Assembly: GCA_012295275.1 (NCBI GenBank)
Contig: CM022665.1
Span: 27,962,001 to 28,026,000 of the forward strand
DNA length: 64,000 nt
Direction of reading: 5' to 3'
Source of the DNA: Chrysomallon squamiferum
Lineage: Eukaryota > Animalia > Mollusca
Each line of letters begins with the position of its first letter. The stretch's first letter is position 1. Shown here in pieces: positions 52,501 to 64,000 of this stretch. The notes beneath the pieces are model-generated. The model had not been told where the DNA came from. It searched no databases and was given only the letters and a program-made list of their open reading frames with translations. The translations under genes and the position numbers were made by a program.

Positions 52501-55500
52501 AAAACCCTAATGCTTCAGAGCAAAAACAGACTGGAATATTTGAAGATACCATCAATGAATGCGATATCTCTGACTCTATGATAAATCAGAAAGAACAGCA
52601 TCATATCATAATTCAAGGACAAGCACTTTCAGACATGAATCCAGAAAGTAAGTACAAGAAATGTGATTTTCCAAACAATATGGCAAATCAGTCCAGACAT
52701 AGATCATCCACTGACAGTGAGGATCATGTTATAAATGAATGGTTTGTATCCTCTTCACAGCTAGCAGTGGGTTCCACAGTTTTTTCAACACAGACATCTC
52801 AGTTACATCAAGACCTTATATCACAGACTTATAGTGTCACAAACCCATTCCCTGATACAAATGACTATTTCTTATCACAAGGTACCTCTTCCTCACATTC
52901 AGTGCCACCAGTGATTCACTCAGTTAACCAGAATAACTCGGCAGTAATTCATCCAGTTAATCCGTTTGGATACAGTAACTCAGAAATGATTGATCCAGTC
53001 ACAAACAGTAGCTCAGCAGAATTTGATCCATTTGGATACAATAACTCAGTAATGTTTGGTCCAGTCACAAGTGGTAACTCTTTAGTCGTTCCATTAGGAT
53101 ACAATAACTCATATACGAATGCATACCCAAACAGTTACTCAACAATGATTGATCCAGCTACTAACAGTAACTCTGTAATTATTGATCCAGTCACATACAA
53201 TAACTCAACAATGTTTGGCCAAGTTGGATATAATAATTGGATGATTGATTCAGTCACAAATGGTAACTCAGTAATGATTGATCCAGTAACTCACAGTAAT
53301 TCAATGCATTGTTGGCCAGTTTTTGTAGAAACTGTTCCTGTGACATTACCACTCCCCATGAGATATTTCTACTTTAGATCTGAGATGGTGGAGACTTTAT
53401 CTCACCCACAGTGTAACAAGTATCAGAGTTCACCATTGATGCCTACTTACAAACCATTAATGGAGGAAGATACATTGTTTGAAACATCTTTTCCTTCAGT
53501 GCAAAAAGATGTTCTTCCAAACAGCCATCTTCTAAATCCACCACCTGTAATGTATCCTGATGTGTCTTCCTATGATCAGCCTCCACATATTCATTCCTTT
53601 AATACTAGTGATGTCACATCAACTCTGTCTTCATCTCAACCTGATGCTTTAACCACTGGTTCCTTCCCAGTGCCACCTCTTCTTTCATCCATTCGTGATC
53701 CACCATCATTTACAGAAAATCCATTTATCTCAGCTACTCTGCCATATTTGTTGTCAGTAGAAGATTTGAACCTTGTACTGAAGACATCTGCACACTCAGG
53801 AATGAAAAGAAATTTGGAGTTGATGGATGAGAAGTACTCCATCAAAAAAGGATGCAGAAAAGCTTACAGGTCAGCTAATAACAGCAAATCAGATGATCTG
53901 AATTCCCTACACAGTGAAACAGGTCCACAGCCAGCATCAGCAGATGATCTACTATCAGATTCAGAGACTTCATCTATAAGCCCATCAAAGAAATTTAAAT
54001 ATACAGAGCCCAGACCACCACTGAAAAGATACATGGAAAGATTTTTGAATAAACAAAAGAAATGTATTCTTATACCAGCAACTAGTACTTTGAACACAAG
54101 CTTATTAGAGGATCTTACTAGTTTGTCTGGTTTAAAACAAAATGAAACAGATGATGTAAACATAGCTTCAGGATCACAAGACTCTGCTGACAAACTGAAA
54201 GAACAAAGGAAACATATATTGTACAGAGACTTGCCAATAAAAAAACGTTACATGAGAACAGTTTATTGGCATAATATAGAAATGCAGCAGAAAATGAGTG
54301 GTAACCATGACTCAACAGATGATCCACGCAGACAAATGAAAAAAAAACTTTGCACTGTAAAGGTAGGTAACTAATATAGTGTACCTTTAGGTAGTATATA
54401 CAAATATAATATTCCATGGATTTTTCTTAATTGTTATATTTTCATTCTCTGTATATCTATATGTCTCTCTTTCTCTATATATTAGTAATATTCATTCAAT
54501 TTCTAATTTTAGATACAAAGACAAATTGTTTTTAAAATTTAAATGTCTTTAATTCAGTTTTAAAAGTTTGATATGTTTGCTGTAAAGAGAGTGCTGACCA
54601 CCAGACATTGTACATAACTGTGCAGAAATAATATTTAGAACTTCATTTATTTTATATCCATTATGCCATTTGTTATCTAATTTTTTAATTTAAATCAGAT
54701 ACATTTATAATAAATACAATTTAGTAGTTACTCTAGAATTATATTTTATTTTATTTTGATTTCAGAAAACACAATTACCAACAGCTGTTATACTGTCCAA
54801 CATCTGCAAGCACATAAACAAGTTTATGGATATTTCTGTCAACAGTATTTGTATAAACTGTCGTAACAGCCACAAACCTTATGTATGTATTATAACAACA
54901 AAATAATATATCCAGTAGAAGCTTTCTGTAAAAGTATATTTTTAAAATGTGTTCAATTTAATACATAATGACTGTACAAGAGTCTATTTTAAGAGGTAGA
55001 TATTGATAATAATATACTTTAGTAAAGTATTTTTGTTTTTTTACTTTATTTATTTTTTTACATTTTTTGTAATAAATGTAAATAATACATTTTTAAGATG
55101 GTTAATTAGAAATGGATTTCTGATGTACTGAATTTAATTCTGAGAGAAGAGGTGCATAATTAAGTTATATAGAACCTCATATTTGTATAACCAAATATTT
55201 TCAAATACTGCGACATGTATGTGTATATTTATAGCTTTTAACTTAGACATTAAAACAATTATAAATACTATTACTTTTAAATGTTTTAATATATAAATAT
55301 TATTTTATAGAGTGAATAAATTATTAAACATTTGTGCAATTTATTTACAAGATTGAATTTACATTTTTAATACTGTTGTTTATTTCAGTTTATAAAGCTT
55401 GCTCAGTTGTGTCACATACAGGTGAAGACAACAGATCTGTGTCTACAACTGAAAAAAACTAAGTATGTAGTCAAATGACAGAAATGAATGTTTCCAGGAA

Positions 55501-55729
55501 TTTTTAAAATATTAACTTATGAAATGTCGATAAAAAGAGAAAAATATTAAACTATTAAAAATATTAACATATTAAATATATAGTAATACAAGTAATTTTT
55601 GTTTACTTTTTTTTTTTTTCTGATATTTTTGTGTTATTTCTGCAAGAGAACTTACTTTTTTAATAAAACTGTATTTACAGCAACAGCAGAAGACCTACAT
55701 CTTTAGATCTGGAAAAACTGCTTGACTGA
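49570..55729 (+). CDS. Uncharacterised ~1620-aa, mostly low-complexity/disordered protein encoded largely by one 4.5-kb exon
   Basis: Exon 49570-49702 (ATG..AG|GT) splices in phase to a stop-free exon 49864-54362. Phase-consistent exons 54766-54882, 55389-55462 and 55681-55729 (TGA) follow. The protein is S/N/K/D-rich with basic NLS-like clusters and no recognisable folded domain. The three 3' exons are less certain than the large exon. Confidence 0.8.
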
Positions 55730-55814
55730 CTTCTGCATCTAACTCCCATATCCCAGCATGCATTAGTTACTACAACCAGGACATTACAAATGTTTGTTTT
55801 AACTAAGAAAGGAA

Positions 55815-56462
55815 AAAATATTGGTTTCTTTATACAAATTTGGTTTAGGATAGCATATCCGTTGTGTTATTATCTGAAAAATGTTTTTAATGTTGTTCTT
55901 AACCTTTTAATAAAAAAAAGTTTTGAATTCAGTAGTTAACAGATTTTCATTTTAGACAAGAATTTGGCAACAAATATCTCAAATAAAAATGTTTTGAATG
56001 TGTTCTTGACCTTTGAATAATAATGTTTTTAGACATTTGAAATGTTTCTAGTTTTTAGTGTAAGTGCTTTCTCACCTTACTGTTGTAAAAGAATAATATT
56101 TTTTTACAATTTATTTTTTTAAATTTGGTTTCTTTAAACAGTATTGAGTTTATGATAGCATATTCATTATGCTATTATCTCAAATAATGTTTCAGATGTT
56201 GCTGTTACCTTTTAATAACAATGTTTTGAATACAATAGTTATCAGATTTTCTTTTTAGACAAGAATTGAAATGTTTCTAGTTTTTAGTGTGTTTTCTCAC
56301 ATTTAGTGTACTGATGTAAAAGAAAGACAAAAATTGTTTTCTTTACAAAAATTTGGTTTAAGATGGTATATCCATTGTTATTATCTGAAAAAAAAATGTT
56401 GTTCTTAACCTTTTAATAAAAAGAGTTTTGAATTCAGTAGTTAACAGATTTTCTTTTTACAC
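55815..56462. repeat. Three to four diverged copies of a ~130-250-bp block in the probable 3' UTR of the large gene
   Basis: GATAGCATATCC.TTG..TTATTATCT...GTTCTTAACCTTTTAATAA...GTTTTGAATTCAGTAGTTAACAGATTTTC recurs at ~55850, ~56154 and ~56362. Confidence 0.75.
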
Positions 56463-58169
56463 TTGTTTTAATTGAAACAAACTTCTGTTATTAAATAGAT
56501 ATCAATACATTCTTAATTAGTGATTAATTATCATACATCATCATCCTGCTCCATTTTCTATGTTACAGCTGAAATCCAACATAATTTTTATCGAGTATAC
56601 ATCCATTAAACCATCTATGATAAATACAGATACAGTATTTAAAAAATAAATAAAATAAAACAAGTTAAATCAACAACAGATAACTTAGAATAAAAATTTA
56701 TTTCTGGTTTTATAAGTATCTAACAGTTTAAAATCTGCATTTGACAAGCACTGCAGTACACAAATTGTATGGTTTTTGCATTGACTAAAATGTTACCAAT
56801 AACACATAATATTTCCAAATGAACAATACAAATTTTCATATATTACTTTATATAAACAAGAATTATTACAATTCCTATTGTACTTCAAACTGTTATTCAA
56901 AGTGCACCTTTGGTAATACAAAGATAGCCTAAATACTTTTCTGCATACTTCCACATAGTGAGTAGTTAAAAATAGCTAAATACTATTATATATCTTTAAC
57001 TGTCACTGAATACAGAGAGGATCAGTTTGTTTCAGTTTCTTTAAAATATAAAAAAAATACCATCTGCCACAACATGTCACAACTTTGTTTGAAGAAGTAA
57101 AATGGCAGCATTAAAAAAATGTTCAAAGTTACTCAAAAGAATAAAATTTTAACTTAGTTTATAAAGAATTTTCTTGCAGACTACTCATTTGTACTGCCAC
57201 AGGTACACTCTGAAAAACGAAAAAATTAATTCTAAAAATTTTTACTTTTCATTATGAAAAAAAAAATCACCTTGAAGCTAATTTGTAAAAGCAAAGCCAC
57301 AAGTAATTAATTTATAATTTCATGATAGGAATTAAACCATTAGCTTTACAACAAAATATTCATACATGCAGTAAAACTGAAAGACAGAATAATCACACAA
57401 TATTTAGTTTACATATCTTTTACCTATTCAGAAATGTTAAAACAAAAAAACCATTAGCAAAAATACAAACTAAATACAAATCATTGAAAAAACAAATACA
57501 CCAGGAAACAAATGATGACCAATATTTTGATCCTCAAAATTTTGTAAAATTGTCTTCATTAAGTATAAATATAAACTGAAAACTAACAAATGTATTGAAA
57601 GTAAAGTAACCACAAACATTTCTAAATATACTGTTAATTCGATGCTTAATTTCTCAGGACAATTTGTGCTCAAGACAATAGAGATGAAATGAACAAAAAT
57701 AAAAGTATTTTATATTCAGGTAATGTAAATGTTACCTGATGATAAATTTACTACTTGATCACCTTTTCAGTTTATATCTGCAACAAATACAGTAATTAAA
57801 AACAATGTGTAATGACATACTACTCTGATCAACCTTCTTGATTCTAATGAGACAAGAAATGCTAAATATCTCGAACTTTACATTGCCAAATGCATTTGAC
57901 GTCCAACCAGAACACTTTTTTTTTTTTTATAAATATTAATTTTTTGGATTCTCTGGTTTATTCATTCTTATCAAATCTGATTGTAAACTAAATCTGGATA
58001 TTTGTGCTTTCTATATAACTTTAAATAAAAGATGTGTATCAATTATAATTTATTACCTAATTAATCAGTGTGGTTATTAAATTTGTGTACAAAGGTGGTT
58101 TGTAAACAGGTAATAAATAGTGCTACAATAGATACCATTACATAATAATAGTAATATAATCAAATAATA

Positions 58170-58205
<36 letters not shown>

Positions 58206-59539
58206 CTATATTACACCATAGTATCTATGTGTCCACTCTTTAAATATATAAGTGAATGTGACAGTTACATTTATTCATTTCTGCACCAATTTAAAATGTT
58301 ATTAATGAAAATTTACTTAAATAATGAATAAATTATAAAAATAACAAATAATAATGCACCAATATTTCATACTAAAATTATTTCTTTTACAAATTAATCA
58401 TTATTATCATCAATGTTATTTGTTTTCTTTCTTCGAGCATTTAGTTTATAAATAAAAACAGTAAAACTCTCCAGAAAGTTTCTGTTCTGAATATCAATGA
58501 AATTATTATTTTTTTTTTGTTATTGTTCAGTTGCTTATTCATATTAAATTTCTTCATATGGCTTCATCAAAGTATTTAAAAATAAGGTGTGGGGACTTCT
58601 TTGCAATGAATATTAGAATCACTGGTACAAAATAAAATGTTTATGAGAAAAAATAAAAAAAAAAAAAAAAAAAAATCAAGACAGAAATGTTAAACATGTT
58701 TTAAAATGTACTGATATTAGGAAGAAAACAAAATAGCAGTAAACAATGAAATAAAATAAAGTGTTTTTTTTGCAAAAGGAGAAATGTACCTTTCATGTAC
58801 CAAAAATATAAGACAAACATGTTTTTAATAAACAACAGAAAAATCAACATTTTTGTTCCATGTATAACAAATACCACAGTATAACAATAATATAAGTTCC
58901 AGAGATTACTTTCACTAATATGCAGTAAAAAATAAATAAAAAATAAAAAAAACTTGATATTACAAATGAGATTCTTCAAAACAGTTATAATAACCGGTAT
59001 ATTTATTTCACACGTCATAAGGTGATATGAAAATCTATATGTTCCATAAAAGCCTTTTTTCTTTCTTTTTTTTCTTTTTTCTTTTATTTATAAATGTTTT
59101 ATAACAATCTTTATCCACCATCACTATATGATATGTATGACAAAGACTAATAGTCTGAAAGATTTCATCATTGACAAAAACAAAACAATTTTAAACACAT
59201 GTATTTAAAGCTAAGAATAAAAGAGTGAAGAATTCAAAACTGTAATATACAGAATTAGAAAAAAAATAAATATATATATATATATATAGATATAGATATA
59301 TAGTTTTGTGCTATACACTTATAAATAATCTTTATTAACGGCAAGTTTTGAATCAATATTTGATCTATACCAATAATTAAGTGATCCATAAATGTATATT
59401 ATTTAAAATAAATAACAACAATAAAAAGGGCATCCCTTTCAAAGCTTAATATCACATTATGTGAAAATCCAATTAAATCCAATTCTTCATTAATTCTGAT
59501 TGTCATAAATTATGTTTCTTCCATATATAGATTACAGTT

Positions 59540-59870
59540 AATTAGATTCAAATAATTTCTAAAAGATGTTGATCACTGAAGTGAGACAGTTCTGAATTCT
59601 AACACTTAGTAATTTGAATCAGATACTAATTTCTAAAAGATAATGTCATTTAGAAATAATATAAATTTTTTATACTGAAATCTGAACACTTATATCAAAT
59701 AATAGATATTAATTTCTAAAATAAAGTTTTAAACTGAGGTGGTGTGTAAATAATTTAAAATTCTTTCACTTAAAATCTGAATCTTCATTCAGATAATTTC
59801 TGAAAGATACTGTTCATTTAAACACCAGTGAAACTTCTCAAAAGCAAACAATCTGAGTCTAAGAAAAAAC
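59540..59870. repeat. Degenerate AT-rich repeat downstream of the ASPG stop
   Basis: Recurring (AGAT..)AATTTCTAAAAGAT...CTGAA units, roughly 80-95 bp apart. Confidence 0.5.
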
Positions 59871-60843
59871 TTCAGTTTGGAAGGGTATTTAGTTTACTAA
59901 GGTTTTACATTAGATAAATCACAAGACCATTTCTGAGGCATTCTGACAAAACGAGACACTTGGTACCACAAACACAAACTGAGATGTGCATATTTTCTAA
60001 TGGAGCACACAAATACATTTCTACAAAATCAAATATATGGAAATTGGATAAAAACTTTCAGTATTCACTATTGCAATTGCAAAGAAACAAGAAAAAAGCC
60101 ATTTAAATTAGGCAACCGGAGACTGTCTATTCATCTTAAAAAGCCCTTAGCAATCATGTTTTTTTAGGAACTGTAAGCCATGTGTCTTTGAGAAAACAAG
60201 TCAATGTAGAGTTTATACAAGCATGAATTTATTAGTATCCTTAACACCGTTTTTCTTTTTTGCTTTTCTTTTGTTTAAAGAGCAACTGATCTGCCAATTT
60301 TATCCTCACTCAATAAAATTTTTACATTTTTGTCTATTTACATTAAAGTTTCAATTTCAGATGCATTTTAAAATATTATCTTATTGCATTTTAAGGTGAC
60401 AGAGCAAAACTTTATTCTACAAATGTGCTGTGATTTTTCACTCATGTATTTTAAATAATTATATATAATATTACTTAAAAGTATTGCAAGCATTTGATGT
60501 TAATCATAAATTCTGGTGTGTGGTATGTGGTGTCTACCCATGCTTCTCAGTGCAATTAAAACAAAGGGGTAAACTTGCAATTTTGCAATACTATGGTTTA
60601 GTAATTTTCACATCTTTGGGTGAAAGATAAATATGTATTTGAGGGTTTTATGCACAAATCACAAATCAGTAAAAAGTGACCTAATCTATTAAAAGAGGAT
60701 TATCTCGTTACTGGCCCATGCCACAAGCATCTCCTTTTGCCAGAGCACCTAACATTCGGTTTCTGGAGACTTCCAGTTTAGTGAGGTTTTGAGAAGTTTC
60801 AATAATAAAGTTCTTTGTACTAGAACACCATACAGTCTGTTTT

Positions 60844-63800
60844 TCAAGTGTCATGCTCTAAATGATCATGATATATTTGTATAATTTCAGTATGTCCCAG
60901 TTCCTCAGCATGTGAGTGTGGAGTATGGCCAAAGATGTCTTCCTTTTCAAAATCACCTCCATTCTTCAAAAGATATTTGACAATAGCAACAGCATTATGA
61001 TAAGAAGCCTTAAAAAAAAAAAAATATATATATATATATATTAAATTAACTATGATGGAAAATAAAAGCAAAGTTTGTTTCACAGAAACAAACTATAATG
61101 CAACTATATTTAATTTCTTATTACTGTTATTAACTCTAGTTCAAATTAATCATTGCCTTTATTATATTTGAGTATTTTCTAAATTTAGAGTTGAAACTTT
61201 ATGAAAAAATAAAAAAATAAAAAAATAAAAATAATAATCTTGAAAACTAAATGTCTCTCAGATATAGAGACAAATTTTGTATATGCTAAAAGAAAATTCT
61301 AACAGACAAATAATTATAACTTATTTAGAAGCAAGTAATAGTGTTATATATATATTTCTCATAAACCCAGTACATTTTTATTAACAAAACAATTTTTCCT
61401 GTTCTGCCTGATATTAAAAATAACATGAACATCATCAGGTATATCTGATTCATTCTAATAACCAAATACATAAAAAGTTACAGGACTCAACACAAAGGAT
61501 TACCTATCTTTCTATGGATGAGGTTTTAAGGTATTGAGTAACAGAATATTATATTTATTAGAGAATCAATCAATAAATATAGAGCCAAGACCTCGCTAAA
61601 ATAAACATGTAATCCAACCAATTACATGTTGTTGTTGTTTTCGTTCTCTCTCTTTGCATATATATACATGCAAATACAAATTTAATTTAATAATAAAATA
61701 CCATAGTTAAAATGATATGTCACTCAGCAGATAGATGTCATAAAAAAAAGGAGGAAGATACCAATTACTGAATAATATAGACTGCATATAATTATTACTG
61801 ATGCAGATACATTTTTAATTCAAAAACAAAATAATATATTTATAATAATAATTTACAATTTTTTACTTTTCATAACAGGAATTATCAATTTTCGTACAGA
61901 ATGTACTTCATAATTTCAAGACAGAGTTTTAAGCAAATCTCAAACAGCAGAAGAAATGACATCTTACCACATGTAATGCTGTTCTATTGTTGTGATCACA
62001 AACATTAAAATCAACTCCAGCACATTTCCAGCATTTAATACAATCCAAATCATTTTGCATAACAGCACTGAAAAAAAAATTAAAAATTAAATTAAACAGA
62101 AAAATCAGTGCCCTATTCATTTATTCATTAATGGTATAAAATGATTACAGTAGTACTGAATGTTGATTATTTTTATTATAAAAGATCAACAGAAAAGAAC
62201 AAACAGCATATTTTTGTAGTAGACTGATACGGCAGTGCTGCCCAACGTCCAGCCCGCTAGTCGGTCTTCAATTTATTCCTTAACATTAACGCAGACGCTT
62301 ACTACTGTTATTTTTATTATTGAAATACAAAGCCATTTATTTGAACAAATGTTTTTTTAATCTTGATCAATTGTTAAATTTGTTTTATAGAATGTAAGGT
62401 TCTAAATCAAAATTTGTAATGGTCATTTCGTATTCATGTAATGTCTGGAGACTATAATTTTTTGATAGCAGTGAAGAAGTAATAGAAATAGTATCATATG
62501 TTTAAATTGAGTTATGAATTATAATTGTATAATGGATAATTTCTATAAATAGAATAATAGAATCAATGTTTTCAGTTCTGAATACTTTTTCAAACCATTT
62601 CAAGTAGTTGTATTAAAAAATGATAGGCTAGAAATGTGAGTCCAGCCCACTGGCATCGTTTTTTCTTAAATCCGGCCCATGTTCAGAAAAGGTTGGGCAG
62701 CACTGTGATAAGGTATTAATATACAGTCTTAACATGTTTACAGAGCAGACAATGAATTTCTCAGTGAGTGATACAAAAATTCATTTGTAGTTTCTTTTAT
62801 CTCTAACTCAGTGGACATTGCAAATCAAAATTCTTTGCAGTTTTACAGAATGGCTGCAAAAAAAAATAAAAAAATAAAAATAAAATGAAAAAAAAAAAAA
62901 AAGGTGGTAGTGGAAGTGAAGATACACAGTTAAGTGTGATATAAAATTTGTGAACCTTTGTTTTAAAATTTTTTGTCTTTGTTACTGACAGTGTACACCT
63001 TCAAAGTTCCAGAGATATTTTCAAAAAAACAAAACAAAAGAAATTAAAAGTAAAAAGATGGGAAATAGTGATAGTGTGATAACTTAAAAATAGTTTGGAA
63101 AACCACTATTTAAAATTCTTTTGAGTTAATTCCACTCTGTACCTGCAGAGTTCCAGTGCTGTTTTCATGGGTGCCCAAGGAATGGTAGCTCCAGCCTGTA
63201 CAAGCATCTTGACTGCAATTTGATCTTTCATGCTCAGAGAATCAATCAGAGGTGTGTCACCTTGATAATCTCTGCAGTGCACAGATGCTCCGTGGTGAAG
63301 CAGGTACTGAATTGTCTGATGGTGACAGCATCTGCATGAAACATGTAATGGTGTGCGACCATCTTGGTTACCAACTGACAAATTTCCTCCCTGGACAAAT
63401 TATAGCATATCATTACTGAATAAATTTACAAAAAAAAAGGTATTAATACCTGAAAGGTATGGAACATTATTATATTTACAAATAAAGGAAAAACATTATG
63501 CTGCATAAGTATACACTTAAATTCTGTCTTGTTAATATTAATTAGAATTTGAAAAAAAATTAAATTTCTTTGCAGACTAAGTTATCAAAGAATACACAGA
63601 ATTTCATATTATTTTAGTATATTACTTACATAAACAACAAATACACAGACTGAATGAAGCCAACAAAAACTAAATGTAGTAATATGAGCACAACATTGTC
63701 TTTACAAACTAATTAGAAGAGCATTTGCACATTTAAGTGAACTGTTTTCAATACAATACATTACTAATACTTTAATGGTTATCTATATGGTTTATTAATA

Positions 63801-63963
63801 AAAACAGATGTTTCTAAGTTGAACATTCATAAAAAGAGAATGCAAATGTAGTAAAATGTTAACTGACTGTTTGTCTCAGTTTTTCCAGTGCTGGAATGTC
63901 CCCTGTCTTTGCAGCAGCACACATCAAGTTAGGATAAAGAGCATCTCGAAGTTTTACAATCTC
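60844..63963 (-). CDS. ASPG: L-asparaginase / 60 kDa lysophospholipase, C-terminal ankyrin-repeat exons (partial; 5' part outside the window)
   Basis: Exons 63868-63963 (EIVKLRDALYPNLMCAAAKTGDIPALEKL), 63143-63390 (GNQDGRTPLHVSCR...GASVHCRDYQGDTPL...AGA...ALELCS), 61968-62067 (DLDCIKCWKCAGVDFNVCDHNNRTALHV), 60844-61008 (TGA stop). The motifs P.L.CAAA..GD, ELC and W..AG.D are characteristic of the ASPG ankyrin region. The catalytic domain is not in the window. Confidence 0.82.
62233..62705. mobile_element. Non-autonomous hAT (Charlie-like) MITE in an ASPG intron
   Basis: Perfect 14-bp TIR CAGTGCTGCCCAAC / GTTGGGCAGCACTG; 8-bp TSD TGATACGG / TGATAAGG (7/8 match); subterminal CAGCCC/CGGCCC motifs. 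Confidence 0.85.
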
Positions 63964-64000
63964 CTATAAGCAGGATATGGAAAAATAAAATAAATTATGA

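Noticed and set aside
49864-54362. Giant ORF as a transposon or viral gene
   Set aside because: No RT, integrase, transposase or capsid motifs. It has canonical splice sites and in-frame flanking exons.
50116-54417. Minus-strand ORFs overlapping the giant exon
   Set aside because: They are antisense shadows of the + strand coding frame.

Overview
AT-rich, microsatellite-laden eukaryotic genomic DNA with spliced genes. It is an invertebrate, probably a mollusc or other lophotrochozoan (inferred from composition and gene style). Five protein-coding loci were assembled by hand from GT-AG sites and phase consistency. (1) An IFI44/IFI44L-like gene with TLDc and P-loop GTPase domains (+, 2245-17516). 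(2) A tandem IFI44-like paralog with an intact GTPase but no TLDc domain; its first coding exon looks like an internally deleted TLDc exon (+, 26141-29192). (3) An 18-exon PPP1R36 orthologue with a tandemly duplicated 75-nt exon (-, 31272-44053). (4) An unrecognised ~1620-aa, largely low-complexity protein built on a 4.5-kb exon, carrying possible co-repressor motifs (+, 49570-55729). (5) The 3' ankyrin-repeat exons of ASPG, the asparaginase/60-kDa lysophospholipase (-, 60844-63963, running off the window). Also present: a decayed Mutator/FLYWCH element, two hAT-type MITEs, degenerate minisatellites, ISRE/IRF-like motifs around the first IFI44-like promoter, and a visible mosaic of CpG-rich and CpG-poor domains. 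Most short ORFs in the supplied track are microsatellite artefacts. No database searches were run; family calls come from recognised motifs.
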